Assembly: GCA_965644495.1 (NCBI GenBank)
Contig: CBFFSA010000001.1
Coordinates: 2,914,001 to 2,978,000, forward strand
Reading direction: 5' to 3'
Length of the DNA: 64,000 nucleotides
Source of the DNA: Perkinsela sp. CCAP 1560/9
Taxonomy: Eukaryota > Protista > Euglenozoa: Kinetoplastea
The notes below the pieces were generated by a model. That model was given only the letters and a program-made list of their open reading frames with translations, was not told the origin of the DNA and did no database searches. Position numbers and translations under genes: made by a program. Positions within the stretch are counted from its first letter, which is position 1, and every line of letters starts with the position of its first letter. This document shows, piece after piece, positions 1 through 10,950 of this stretch.

Positions 1-1
1 A

Positions 2-604
2 GCAAAATAGTTTACCGCTTTTCGCATCAATCTCGATAGGTGAGCACATCAACAACCCGAAACGGTTGTCCAGCCTTTTCTGAGCAGCTTCTATTCTGTC
101 GTCTACTTCTCGGTGTGGCAAAATGTATTTCTCCCAATCGGAGTTTCTGGGTCGGTCCGTTCCTGCACGTGGACCACTGATCAGAGACGTGCACAATGCT
201 GTGTAGTTTCCATCCCAGAGTGTCACGGAGACATCAGGGGCTTGTCGGTGTGAGGCTCCCACGAATTCCACATTTGCGATCGTAGGACGAATGCCTTGAA
301 TGAGAGGTTCGGTGTAAACAGTTGTGCGCGTTAAATTGTAAGGCACATTTCGAAATTGGTGTCTTCCTCCATGGGGAGAATATTGTGGATCGAGCAGTGC
401 ATCCTCAGCGGCAGCTATCACGAGCTCTCGGTAGGATTCCCAAACGTACGCGTGGTTCAAGCCTTGTAACATAAAAGGAAATGCTTCGTAATTGGGGTGG
501 AGGTGAAAGTTTCTACCTGGCCCATGCAGGGTAAGGTATTTCTGCGCGTGGGCAATGGCTTGGGCAGCAGTGCTTCGGTTGAGACTGGTGAGCTGCGCCA
601 ACAT
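2..604 (-). CDS. hypothetical protein, 3'-partial (runs off window start)
   Basis: Manual translation from ATG at 604 (MLAQLTSLNRSTAAQAIAHAQKYLTLHG...) stays open for ~200 codons to the window edge; same strand as the cluster; no motif recognised. Confidence 0.7.
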   Translation of the reverse strand, partial: MLAQLTSLNRSTAAQAIAHAQKYLTLHGPGRNFHLHPNYEAFPFMLQGLNHAYVWESYRELVIAAAEDALLDPQYSPHGGRHQFRNVPYNLTRTTVYTEPLIQGIRPTIANVEFVGASHRQAPDVSVTLWDGNYTALCTSLISGPRAGTDRPRNSDWEKYILPHREVDDRIEAAQKRLDNRFGLLMCSPIEIDAKSGKLFC

Positions 605-946
605 GAAAAGTGCATTCAAGATAGTAAAACAGGATTAATCTCGTTTGAGTTATGAAAATACAAGCTTTACAAAATCTTGTACACCTCTCATAGCTTCCTC
701 AAACGTCCACACCATGAGTGGTATTTCAGTGCTAAAAACATTATCGGGCAAACATTCACTGATTTTTAAAGGTAAAACAATGGCAATGGTAAACAATGGC
801 AAGCGCAAGCTTAAATAGTTCCAACAATGTGTGAGACACAACCAAAAGAAGAAGGCATCCAGCATGTATCAGTATTTCAGTAATCTACATTTTCATTCAA
901 AGTGGTTAGGCATGACAGTGAACTACACGGAGGTTGAGGAATCACT

Positions 947-2095
947 TTAGTCCTTGGCATCAGAAATACCTTGTTCGCTTATGCAAAATGCGCACTCAAG
1001 CTCCGGCAAAGAAGGACTGTCATAAATTTTACAAATCCGTTGCTCACCTCGCCCTTTTCGGAGACTTAACCGTGTAGTTGAAGCATGAGCGACCACATGT
1101 CCACCCACGGGCTTCTTAGGATCTGCCACGAACATGGAACCTCCCCCGGGGTCGCTAACCACTTGGTTCGTAATATAAACCGCGACGTTAAATTCCTCTG
1201 CCATCTTAATAAGGCTGCTTAACATCTTTCCCAGTTTCTGTTGACGTTCCGCTAACTCTCCACGTCCACTAAAATCAACCCGAAACAGCGCCGTAATACT
1301 ATCCACCACCAACAAGGCAAACTGCTCCTCACACAGCTTCGCCGCGACCAAAGAGAGAAGCTGATATTGGTGCTCATGGGTAAACGCTCGCGCCACAATA
1401 ATATTATCCATTGTAGCATCCGGATCCAACCCGTACCGTTGCGCAATCGGACGAATCCGTTCCGGACGAAATGTGGACTCGGTGTCGATATAGGCCACTT
1501 TTCCATTCCCCCCTCCCATCGCTTTCGGCAGCTGGCAGGTCACACACAACGTGTGCGCGATCTGCGTCTTCCCGGTACGAAACTCTCCAAAGGCTTCGGT
1601 AATACTCATGGATTCGACCCCACCCCCGAGGAGCGTGTCTAACGCTTGAGAGCCTGTGGTAATTCGCGTAATCCGTCGTCGTTTTTGCAGACTCTCGGTT
1701 GCGGTAATAAACCCCGTATGGGCAAGTTTCCGGGCAGTGTCAATAATTTTATCCACCTTGGCCTCCGAGAGACCTTTGATGGCTACCAGATCCTTACGAC
1801 ACTGCATCAGGACCCCCTCGACGGTGTGGACATGCGCGGTACGGAGTTTGTTGACATCCACGGCGGGAATGCCCATCTCGGTGAGTTTGTCGAGCTCTTG
1901 GAAAGTGGGGCTGTGCTCATGTATGGTAGAGAACGCAGCTCCGGTTGCGTCAGTGTGATCGGCGGTCGCGCTCGTTTCGGTTTCACAGGATGCCGCTGCC
2001 CCGGACGGGGCTTGCGAGGTCCTTGATTTGGCTTTTACTTGAGAAGAAAGGGCCAGGCTAACGGAAGCGGTACCGGGTTGGAGCTGGAGGCTCAT
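947..2095 (-). CDS. DMC1: meiotic recombinase DMC1 (RecA/RAD51 family)
   Basis: Walker [61 protein letters not shown]; ITEAF and VDFSG are DMC1-type rather than RAD51-type. Confidence 0.9.
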   Translation of the reverse strand: MSLQLQPGTASVSLALSSQVKAKSRTSQAPSGAAASCETETSATADHTDATGAAFSTIHEHSPTFQELDKLTEMGIPAVDVNKLRTAHVHTVEGVLMQCRKDLVAIKGLSEAKVDKIIDTARKLAHTGFITATESLQKRRRITRITTGSQALDTLLGGGVESMSITEAFGEFRTGKTQIAHTLCVTCQLPKAMGGGNGKVAYIDTESTFRPERIRPIAQRYGLDPDATMDNIIVARAFTHEHQYQLLSLVAAKLCEEQFALLVVDSITALFRVDFSGRGELAERQQKLGKMLSSLIKMAEEFNVAVYITNQVVSDPGGGSMFVADPKKPVGGHVVAHASTTRLSLRKGRGEQRICKIYDSPSLPELECAFCISEQGISDAKD

Positions 2096-2537
2096 AAATG
2101 GAGAAAACAGAAGAGGTTTGTGTTATTTTATAGTAGAAATAAGAATCGTCAACTAATACCATGCTCCAGTGTCAAGAATACCAACGAAGGATTGTAAAAT
2201 TTTGTGTTCTATTACAGCTGTATGTTTTTTTTCGTTACACGTAAAGTTCTGTGAAGCACGAAGAATAAATCAGGTTGTCTAATTTGAAAGAACTGGCAAC
2301 TTACGTCTATTTTGAATAAAATGGGTGGGGCAGCTCATCGGAAGCCAGTACCCAGAAAAAGTGCAGACTATGAATATTGCGAATATCAACCCCCAAGAAA
2401 CCCTGTAGCAGCATTTCCGGAGTCAAGCCTCTTACATATCTCATTACTTCGCAATGCAACTGTTCAGCATGAACACTATTCATAGTGCTTCACAAGCATT
2501 GCGTCTCCAGAACAATAGAACAGGCGAATCGAGTAAC

Positions 2538-2828
2538 TCAACGACGCACCGAGAATTCTGCGGAGCGCTCCCTGGCCCGTGTCTTGGCGTCATGTAGTGG
2601 TTGATAGGCTATGTCAATGGCGCGTCCGGTTTTCGGGTCTATTACAACCTCATATCCCACTGCGGATGTGGGGCCTGTGGTAGGCGTTTCCTTGAGAAAC
2701 ATAACGTAGCCGCTGTACGCCAACAGACTAACACCCGTAACACGAACAACAGCCTGGGCAGCATGAAATTTCCAGCCATAACTCCAGCTTACTGGTAAGA
2801 ATTGACGCAATATACTGGGGCCAAACAT
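2538..2828 (-). CDS. small hypothetical membrane protein
   Basis: 96-aa ATG ORF on the cluster strand with one hydrophobic segment (VVRVTGVSLLAYSGYVMFL). Confidence 0.6.
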   Translation of the reverse strand: MFGPSILRQFLPVSWSYGWKFHAAQAVVRVTGVSLLAYSGYVMFLKETPTTGPTSAVGYEVVIDPKTGRAIDIAYQPLHDAKTRARERSAEFSVRR

Positions 2829-3215
2829 GTTCCTTCCAAAACGAAGCTAAAATTTCTCAACTAAGGTGAAGCGGGTGATAGTGCTACACAATTGAATACT
2901 GATCAAACTTAATGATTTTACATGCGAACAATGTTTATTCGCGAATTTTATCGGTTCACGTTGGTATGGATTGGTACCTTAGGATAGTTATAGTGGATAA
3001 AAATAATGCACCGACATTGAGACGACGCAAGTTGAAACGACGCAAGTTGATTTCCCTTTGAGAAACATGATTGATATTAATAGAGGAGCAGCACATTTGT
3101 ACATCAGTCGTTATGGTATAATATACAGAGTTTCTGGAAAAAAGTCAGCTCAATGTTAGCACCCCGTTACTGGTTATTCGTGAATTCACACATTCCCATG
3201 AATTATCCCCCAAGG

Positions 3216-4520
3216 TTACAATGTATTTTTTCTTGTCCTAAATTTACTTTTTGAATGCGCCGAGTCACGACGACGCCGCCAATTGCAAAATTCCGCACAT
3301 AGTTCGGTCTTGATTACGCACCACATCCTTTTCTTGGACTCGACGATGCGTTGTCTAATTCCGTTCTTGTCCACGAAAGCGCGATGTTGATCATCTATCA
3401 TTGCCTCAACACTCACGTAACGCTTCTGGCAAAATTCGTAAAACTTATGGTTCATTATGGAACATTTCGGGTCGTATAAAAATTCATGACGTAAGTAACT
3501 TTCTGGATAAAAGTACTGCAAAGATATACCAATCTCAGCCAGGCGGTCGCGCCAGTGCCTTATTTCCTTCGGAGGTGCTTCCATCCATTGATTCCATGCA
3601 ACCTGCCGTGAAACAGGCCATACCTCCTTCTCCTTTAAATCCTTGCAGTACAAAGAAAATGCTGTAGGAGGGATTTCCAATGGAAAGAAAGGGAGTTTCT
3701 TTAGATATACTCCAAAACCTTTGTCCGTATAATGTTTGAAACGTTCCTGAAGTTCCTTTAACTGCATAGCGGCAAGAGAGAAAGTTTGGATATCCTGTTT
3801 GTACATCCTCAACAATATTGATTTTATCCCTTTCCACAAACCTACATTATCGCGTCCAAAAAAACGGGCGTCCGCGTCTTCTAACAGTTTCTCTGCTTCT
3901 TCATAATTCTTGCAAACGAAATTGTAAAAGTCATGATTCTGCCTGGGATTCATTTTGTCATAAGGCTGATCAGAATTGGGAGTTTCGGGTGAGAAATACG
4001 GGAGTGATGGTCCACGGGTAATAGCGTCATGTCGGAACGATTTTCGACGGCCTTCCTCCATATTTTTCCACATACTAAATCGTGTTGAACGTTCCCACCC
4101 AATAACACCCCATGAAAATAATGTAAATCCTACTATTGGCGTATTAGGCTTTACAAAAAAAGAGTGCGTTTGATCCTTGCGCCCCCTCTTTCCCTCAAAA
4201 TGTGTTGAAAGCACCTCAAAATCGTCCTGCAGTTGGCCCTTTTGCTGAAGGTCACGAGAAAGATTATGATAAAATCTCTCACGTGTCGTAGCAGTACGCG
4301 GTGTATGTCCAGGCATGAAAGATGTATTCTCATCTGTGTCTATGGACTCAGTCGTGTTTTCAGCTCTAAATTCCTTCTGTAAAGTCTCTTTGTATATAGC
4401 TTTCTGTAAGGTTAAAGTTTCTTGTCGTTCATGTTGTCGATTTCGGAGGTAGGTATTAATAAAATCTGTCGACGACGACGTAGAACGAGGTAGGGAAAAG
4501 CGAAAGAAAGTGCACCTCAT
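3216..4520 (-). CDS. hypothetical, probably mitochondrial, protein with an HMG-box-like segment
   Basis: 434-aa ORF; N-terminus MRCTFFRFSLPRS resembles a presequence; PPTAFSLYC...AWNQWME...E.RHW resembles an HMG box. Confidence 0.6.
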   Translation of the reverse strand: MRCTFFRFSLPRSTSSSTDFINTYLRNRQHERQETLTLQKAIYKETLQKEFRAENTTESIDTDENTSFMPGHTPRTATTRERFYHNLSRDLQQKGQLQDDFEVLSTHFEGKRGRKDQTHSFFVKPNTPIVGFTLFSWGVIGWERSTRFSMWKNMEEGRRKSFRHDAITRGPSLPYFSPETPNSDQPYDKMNPRQNHDFYNFVCKNYEEAEKLLEDADARFFGRDNVGLWKGIKSILLRMYKQDIQTFSLAAMQLKELQERFKHYTDKGFGVYLKKLPFFPLEIPPTAFSLYCKDLKEKEVWPVSRQVAWNQWMEAPPKEIRHWRDRLAEIGISLQYFYPESYLRHEFLYDPKCSIMNHKFYEFCQKRYVSVEAMIDDQHRAFVDKNGIRQRIVESKKRMWCVIKTELCAEFCNWRRRRDSAHSKSKFRTRKNTL

Positions 4521-5113
4521 TTTATCAACTTTTGTATGAGAAATTACGGATCTAGTGGTGTGGATGGAGGTATTAAAGGGAATTAAACTCCAACGTTATC
4601 TTGGCATGTCCTTTGAAATTCCAATACAGTAGTGTAAGTAAAGCAAATTAATTTAGGACACAGTAAGTAAAGATTATTTCATGATACTATATTTTACTGA
4701 ATATTACTATAAATTTTGTCAAGAGACTCGCGAACCAAAACTTAACAAAGGTTGCGACATCCAGAAATGCGATTAGTAACATTCAATCAGCAAATCAAAA
4801 CTTAACAAGGAATAAGAAAGCTCGATATAATAGCTTGAACGAGACAATCGACGGTATTATAATTGTTATTTAAAATTTATTATTCCCAAAGCGCTCCCAG
4901 TACATTCAACCTGGGGGTATACTTATCAATTATCAATATCGTGCGAATAATGAAGAATTTCAGCTCAAAAAGTGTATTAATCTTTCGTTCATCAAATTAC
5001 GAACCACAAAAATAATTAATATGTACCAACTTTCAATATTCTTAACTAAATATTCCAAGTGTCACCTATGAAGAATGTTTACACTGTGCAACAGTGTATT
5101 TTACGCCACTTCG

Positions 5114-6145
5114 TTAATAGCCTTTACTCAAATCAACTAGGTATTCAGGAAGCTTGCCGCTCTCTACGTAAGTTTGAGCCAGTTGTACGAACTGTTCCGC
5201 GGCCTCCTCGAATGCCTTTTTCCCAAGATCAGCATTATGAAACGTCATCAAGAGCTTGTCATCCGGCAAGTCCCACACCGGGCTGGACTCTGGCAGCGGC
5301 TCCGGTTCAAAAACATCCAACGCCGCACCACGAATCTGACCCGTCTGTAACGCCTCCACCAAATCGCCCTCATGTACCGTAGACCCACGGCCAATATTCA
5401 CCAGCACCGCACTTTTCTTCATACGCTCAAAATGCTCCGCACGAAGAAAATTCACCGTATGCTTCGTATGCGGCAACACCACCACCACAAAATCACTCTC
5501 CTCCAAAACCTGATTCAACCCCGCTTCCCCATGCAGCTGTTCCACCCCGAGATCATCCGGGGACGGCACCGGGGAGCGTCGGTACCCCAGCACCCGCATC
5601 CCCAGCGGCGCCACCACCTTCGCCACCGCGCGGCCAATATTCCCGTACCCGATCACCCCGAGCGTGGAGCCCCGCATCTCCTCATTGGTAAACCGCTCCC
5701 ACAGGTTGTGCCTCCGGTGGTACTGCAGCCGTACCACCTGTTTGTGAAAGTACAGACAGCTGAGCAGGACGTGCTCCGCGAGGAGCGGGGCGTAGGGGCC
5801 GCGGGCGTTGCTTAGGGGGGCGTGCAGGAGCTGCGCCAGCCGCGGGGGGTCGAAGGCGTCGACCCCGGCGAACAGCGAGTGCACCCAGGCGACGGTGGCG
5901 CCGTGGGGGGCGAGCCGCTGGGTGTGGAAGGCGTGGAAGATGTCGGTGGCGGCGGGGTCGCCAAAGGCGAAGACGTAGCGGTCCGGGGAGGTCTTGGATA
6001 GTTCGGCGGAGAAGTCGGAGAGGGTGCTGCCGATGACGATGTGGGAGAAGAGGGAGGGGGAGGTTTTGGAGAGGATGCCGCCCATGTGGGTGAGGAGGGC
6101 GGGACTGATGATGGCGATGAGGGTGAGGGGGAGGGGGGCGGGCAT
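5114..6145 (-). CDS. D-isomer-specific 2-hydroxyacid dehydrogenase, NAD-binding
   Basis: GVIGYGNIG Rossmann motif, LVNIGRG, GAALDVFEPEPLP, catalytic H in TFHNA. Confidence 0.92.
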   Translation of the reverse strand: MPAPLPLTLIAIISPALLTHMGGILSKTSPSLFSHIVIGSTLSDFSAELSKTSPDRYVFAFGDPAATDIFHAFHTQRLAPHGATVAWVHSLFAGVDAFDPPRLAQLLHAPLSNARGPYAPLLAEHVLLSCLYFHKQVVRLQYHRRHNLWERFTNEEMRGSTLGVIGYGNIGRAVAKVVAPLGMRVLGYRRSPVPSPDDLGVEQLHGEAGLNQVLEESDFVVVVLPHTKHTVNFLRAEHFERMKKSAVLVNIGRGSTVHEGDLVEALQTGQIRGAALDVFEPEPLPESSPVWDLPDDKLLMTFHNADLGKKAFEEAAEQFVQLAQTYVESGKLPEYLVDLSKGY

Positions 6146-6332
6146 GGGGAGAGGAGGGGAGGGGAGGTAGGGAGGGGATAGGGAGAGGGTAGTTTTGGAA
6201 TTCGTGGGTACAGGAAAATGCGAAGTAAAACATAAGTGTTTTATATCCGAATTTTGACCAAGTGAAAGAATTCAAAAAAAGAATGTGCACAACCGTGACA
6301 TCTGCAATCCTACGCATTTCTTGGCAGTAGCA

Positions 6333-6698
6333 TCACGCCTCTCTGCTCAACAGTTCAATTTGCGTCTCTGCTGCTTTTCGCATATCCATGAAAGCATCCA
6401 TCTGTGCGGCTGCAATTTCCCTACGTGTCAATGTTTGTGTAAGACGCCGGTTCAATTCGTCCCATTTTGAGGCACAGAACTCCAAACACTTCTTTTCTTT
6501 CTCGTCTTCTTTCAGACGATTCATTACATGTTTCTTCTGGCGTTCGTTGGTGTACAAATCACTTAAATCGACGCACTTGGAGAGACAACTCTCAACTGGT
6601 GCATTGAGCATTGTATTTCGGAGGCGTACCTGGGACAACATTTGGTACGCAGTCATTGTGTTGCTTTCAAATGAGGTGGGAGGCGGCAAGGGCTGCAT
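6333..6698 (-). CDS. small Tim-like (twin CX3C) intermembrane-space chaperone
   Basis: CLSKC...CLEFC twin CX3C in a ~120-aa helical protein. Confidence 0.65.
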   Translation of the reverse strand: MQPLPPPTSFESNTMTAYQMLSQVRLRNTMLNAPVESCLSKCVDLSDLYTNERQKKHVMNRLKEDEKEKKCLEFCASKWDELNRRLTQTLTRREIAAAQMDAFMDMRKAAETQIELLSREA

Positions 6699-6837
6699 CA
6701 CTTGAAAGAAGTTCGTAGAAAGTTAGTAAAAAGCACGAGATTTCAATAATGACAATAACCTATTCCCAAAAGAACATTCCAAACTACTCATTCCAAACTA
6801 GAAAATGTACCCATGGCAAAAACTTTGTGCAGTAAAA

Positions 6838-7302
6838 CTAAGTAAATGAGGCATGTAGCGTATTTAATAAAGTTCTTAAAATTTTTCTTTCCAGTAAAGT
6901 TAGCTGCTGAAAAGCGTCGTCAGAGTGCTTGGAATCAAGCGCAAAAAGAGCTATAATATATCTCCGAATCCGATTCATAGAAAATCTCGGGTTGTTTTTC
7001 AGCGTCAAAATTTCTCCGTTCCTCTTGTCTTCCGTGCTTACGGATTCTGCTTCACCGACATTATCTCGTTCCTCTTCTTTTCGAATAGCCCGCTCACAAG
7101 CTTCCAGTAGTTCTGGAGTTGGTACCGGTACGTTTCCTGACGGAACATATCCCCTCGTCGCGTGTGAAGCTCTATTCGATAGCGTGCTAAGTTGTTCATA
7201 CAACATGTATTCCTCTAAAAGGGCCTCAGTCGTCAGAAACGCGGAAGCACACTCTAAGCCTTCTGGAAATTTCCAGTTCCGCAGGAAATTTGGGTCATCC
7301 AT
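6838..7302 (-). CDS. hypothetical protein
   Basis: 154-aa ATG ORF on the cluster strand. Confidence 0.6.
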   Translation of the reverse strand: MDDPNFLRNWKFPEGLECASAFLTTEALLEEYMLYEQLSTLSNRASHATRGYVPSGNVPVPTPELLEACERAIRKEEERDNVGEAESVSTEDKRNGEILTLKNNPRFSMNRIRRYIIALFALDSKHSDDAFQQLTLLERKILRTLLNTLHASFT

Positions 7303-7651
7303 GAATTGTTCTATTCAGTCGGTTGAGGAAAAAGGTCAATGTTCGCTTTTAAAAAGTATCTCACAAAGTATACCAGTTCTAGAACTATGAAAAGTGTACT
7401 AAACTTAAACTTAATGTTCGTAAATGCGGTTGTGATGGCTGAAGAATGTTCATTTAAGATTGTACAATTTGTAATCTGAATTGCAAGTTAATTTCACTAT
7501 TTAAAAGGTGGAAGCTCTATTTCTTCGATGCAAATGACCAAAGGTATGGTACTGAGTGACACCTTACAGTGTACTACACTGCCTTCACTGTATGATAGAA
7601 TGAAAGGCGCTCGTACCAAACAGAGTACGTTTCCTTTTGTCATAATATCAG

Positions 7652-9052
7652 CTAGGGAACACCAAGAAGCATTTTCAAGACGAGATTTAGTCTTGTGCAA
7701 CGTTGCGAGGATGTTGGCGTTCTGTCCCGTTTGCCATGCAAATACAACAACGTCTTAATTATAGAATCAATAAAAGGATTCGATGGTACGTTTTCATTTG
7801 GCGATATGCCTTCATCTTCTATATCAAGTAGTTTGAGAATCGGAGCACGTCGTAACATCGTGTTACCAGTCGGCGTGTCAATATAAATCATCTCTTTCGG
7901 AAGGGATGTCAAGCAAGCTGAAATAGAAATATCTTCAGGGAGTAAAACTGTACCCCCTTTGTGGCACATCTGCTCTTCTAACGCAGTGGTATCAGATGAT
8001 TCGAGGCTAAACTTCACACTCTGTACCGAGGCCGGTGGAGTAGTAGCGTTCAAAGGGGGAATGACAGAGTTGTCTTTCTTATCCGTATCATTCGAAGGAG
8101 GTGAATTGTTTTTAGGTTCCGAGGTTTCGTTGCTAACATAGAGTATTGGTCCGTCACACGTGGATTTTGCCACCCCAACAGGCCACACATTGCGTTCCTC
8201 CAACGAGAGGCTATCGCTTCTTTTTAGGGGTGTCAAAAGAGGCCGCACCATTTGACATAGTGAATCATCATTTTCCTGGCGCAGAAAAGTATGACGAAGC
8301 AATTGAGCCGACGATGGACGCGAACTCGCTCTTGGGTGTAAACAACACCGCAGAAAACTTCGAAAGGAAACACTCCAGCGTTGTGGTCTGGAGAGTTTTG
8401 GCAGAGTCCCTGACCGAATCTCCATTAAAGCTCGAGGAGAGGGCATACGACTGTGAGGCGGAGAACCCTCTGCCATTTCAATCGCCGTGATTCCCAAACT
8501 CCATATGTCAATTTTTTGGTCATATTTTCCCTCTCGCGCCATCTCGGGTGCCATCCAACACGTGGTGCCGGCGCACCCACTCGTCGGTGTACTGGTGTTT
8601 TGGATGGCGGAACCAAAATCTCCAAGTTTTATTCTGTAATCGCCCGTCAACAGAATATTACTACACTTTACATCTCGGTGTATGATGCCTTCGTTGTGCA
8701 AATAACACAGCGCACTTATTACAGCTTTGCAAATACTTGCAATTTCACATTCACTTAAGGTCCTCTGCAGGGAGTTCATGATTCGCTCTAAACTGCCATA
8801 GGCACAATATTCTGTGACGATCCATGTCGAATTTGTGTCTTGGAAGGAACCGTACCACTGCAATATATTTGGATGATGACAACGCTGAAGCAAACGCGCC
8901 TCTTGAAATTCCTGTAATCTGTTGTCATCAGTCTCTAGGTGGGGGAGGAGCTTAACTGCGTAAATGTTTCCGGTTTCCTTTTCCCGCACTTTGCAAACTG
9001 TACAGGTTGCACCATTACCTAGAGTCTCAAGAATGATAAAAGTCTTGGTCAT
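7652..9052 (-). CDS. STE20/MST-family Ser/Thr kinase
   Basis: HRDVKCSNILL, DFG, GTTCWMAPE, DIWSLGITAIEMAEGSPP. Confidence 0.9.
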   Translation of the reverse strand: MTKTFIILETLGNGATCTVCKVREKETGNIYAVKLLPHLETDDNRLQEFQEARLLQRCHHPNILQWYGSFQDTNSTWIVTEYCAYGSLERIMNSLQRTLSECEIASICKAVISALCYLHNEGIIHRDVKCSNILLTGDYRIKLGDFGSAIQNTSTPTSGCAGTTCWMAPEMAREGKYDQKIDIWSLGITAIEMAEGSPPHSRMPSPRALMEIRSGTLPKLSRPQRWSVSFRSFLRCCLHPRASSRPSSAQLLRHTFLRQENDDSLCQMVRPLLTPLKRSDSLSLEERNVWPVGVAKSTCDGPILYVSNETSEPKNNSPPSNDTDKKDNSVIPPLNATTPPASVQSVKFSLESSDTTALEEQMCHKGGTVLLPEDISISACLTSLPKEMIYIDTPTGNTMLRRAPILKLLDIEDEGISPNENVPSNPFIDSIIKTLLYLHGKRDRTPTSSQRCTRLNLVLKMLLGVP

Positions 9053-9197
9053 CCATCAAATACTGACATAACCCAACACTAAAAAATGCACTTCTACCCA
9101 GTTTTGTTTTCAAAACCTTTACTCGTTCAGACATACAAAGTAAAAATACAAACCTGTCAAAAAATACAAAATTTGGTTCCGAACAAAATGTCGTACA

Positions 9198-9815
9198 CTA
9201 CGTATGTTCCTTATAACGCACTTTCAAAGGAAGGCCGTGTAGCACGGAGCCATCCAGCAGCTCACACGCTTTTTCGCAATCCCCAGGACTCGAGTAGGTG
9301 ACGTAGTACGTTGCTGGGCTCTTACCTAGAGGGTCAAACAAGTGATCGCGGTGAATACTACGTACCGCGCCCACGGTCTCACAACATTTTCGTAACTCAT
9401 TAAAAGGTACATGTACCATTACATTCGTAATCCTTACGGTTGTTTCGGGTAAGATCTGGTAAGGGGGCAAAGCGCCCTGTTCGAGCTCAGTGAGTCGTTG
9501 ATGCACGTCATTCGCCAAGGTGTTATAACTAGACAAAATCTCCTCGTGCGTGGCACGCACCTTTTTTAGATCCTCCTGGAGTTGTGTGGCTTTTTCCCGA
9601 ATCTCGAGTGCGGTGCGTTGTTGCTGAAGAAGTGGGGACCAGGCTTCCTGTAGGAGTGTGTTGACACCTCTTACCCAGGAGGTGTGCTGAACTTTTTTGG
9701 TGTGTTTGTCGTTATGTGGTGTACTGGGCTTCCCTTCTCGTCTACAAATTCGAGATGCGAAAATCATAAAATCATGTATGTAACGAAAAATGCGAAGTAT
9801 GTAAATGCTTAACAT
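9198..9815 (-). CDS. coiled-coil plus C-terminal RRM protein (true start may be the downstream MIFASR)
   Basis: VRITNV...ELRKCCETVGAV...YYVTY...ACELLDGSVLHGLPLKV fits an RRM fold. Confidence 0.65.
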   Translation of the reverse strand: MLSIYILRIFRYIHDFMIFASRICRREGKPSTPHNDKHTKKVQHTSWVRGVNTLLQEAWSPLLQQQRTALEIREKATQLQEDLKKVRATHEEILSSYNTLANDVHQRLTELEQGALPPYQILPETTVRITNVMVHVPFNELRKCCETVGAVRSIHRDHLFDPLGKSPATYYVTYSSPGDCEKACELLDGSVLHGLPLKVRYKEHT

Positions 9816-10027
9816 ACGTTGGTAAGAAGCATTATATCACATCTTACTTCTATATAATACTGTATATGCGCTTCATCTTATCAAACTACTTTTTTTACAA
9901 ATTTGAATTTGGCAATCGCTTTTTTATTAAGGATTATTCTTCCGTATAGAGGATGAGATAACTTTGGACATGTACTTTGAGGAATTGAAATATTCAGAAT
10001 TTAAATAAAAGTAGAAGACATGATCTC

Positions 10028-10513
10028 TCAAGTTTCAGCCTGTGAGAAAGGATTGTTCTCCGATCGATTAAATAAATTTTCTCTAAAATACTGACTCCTA
10101 TCTTCGTGTTTCACTGCCTTGTAAATATCACGCAAGCTGCTAATTGCGTGAGCTACTAGTAGCTCTCGTTTGTTCCGTTTGATGTTGTTAAGGTGTGAAG
10201 GATTCATCTCCAAAACGTCCCCAGATAACAAGGGTCTTTTATTGATCGGTCGACGCGTTCGATCCTTTCTTCTCATTTTTTGAGATATTTCCACTTTAGT
10301 TTTCAGAGATAAATTCTCTAGCGTGGATCCGAACTGAAAACCTTCCTCAAGAGTTTTAACGTTGCTATCAATGTTTTCGGAAGATGGAATAACGTAGTTT
10401 TCACTATTCTCACTGTTGCCACGACCTTGTTTACTTCGTCCCCGCTTCGTAATTTGCGATCGCTTGAGCCTTTCCTCTCGTGATAACTTCGCTTTGCGAG
10501 TACTCTTAACCAT
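10028..10513 (-). CDS. basic hypothetical protein
   Basis: 161-aa K/R-rich ATG ORF on the cluster strand. Confidence 0.6.
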   Translation of the reverse strand: MVKSTRKAKLSREERLKRSQITKRGRSKQGRGNSENSENYVIPSSENIDSNVKTLEEGFQFGSTLENLSLKTKVEISQKMRRKDRTRRPINKRPLLSGDVLEMNPSHLNNIKRNKRELLVAHAISSLRDIYKAVKHEDRSQYFRENLFNRSENNPFSQAET

Positions 10514-10950
10514 GTTTAAAAAAGATTCAGAAATTCTGAATCAGAATTCACGAAATAAATATTTAGTAGTTTTATAGATATTTAGTTTTATAAATATTTA
10601 GATATTTAGATATTTATGATACTCCTTACTCCTAGTTGAATGAGAGGTCTACGCAGATGATAGATACAGTAACTCAAAAAAGTGTTCAAATGTTTCGACA
10701 TTTTTTAATGTTTTTATTTTTTACCAAAGAGAATCAGAGGATAATGCTGTAGTATATGGTAGTAGTGTAGGCTGGGGTAGTGCTTATATCCCCACGTACT
10801 TTGAGTTCATCAACGATCTTACTACGAAAAACTATGAAAGATATAATGTCAGTCCAACATATGAACACTTTTTTGACTTTTTTTCGGACACGTTTTTTTA
10901 TAGGAAAACGTTCTACTGCTTCACCCTTAATGGACCAAAATGGTTTAGAC

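Noticed and set aside
10555-10620. (ATATTTAG)-type AT-rich repeats next to the Tc1 end
   Set aside because: Low-complexity intergenic DNA outside the TA boundary; no function can be supported
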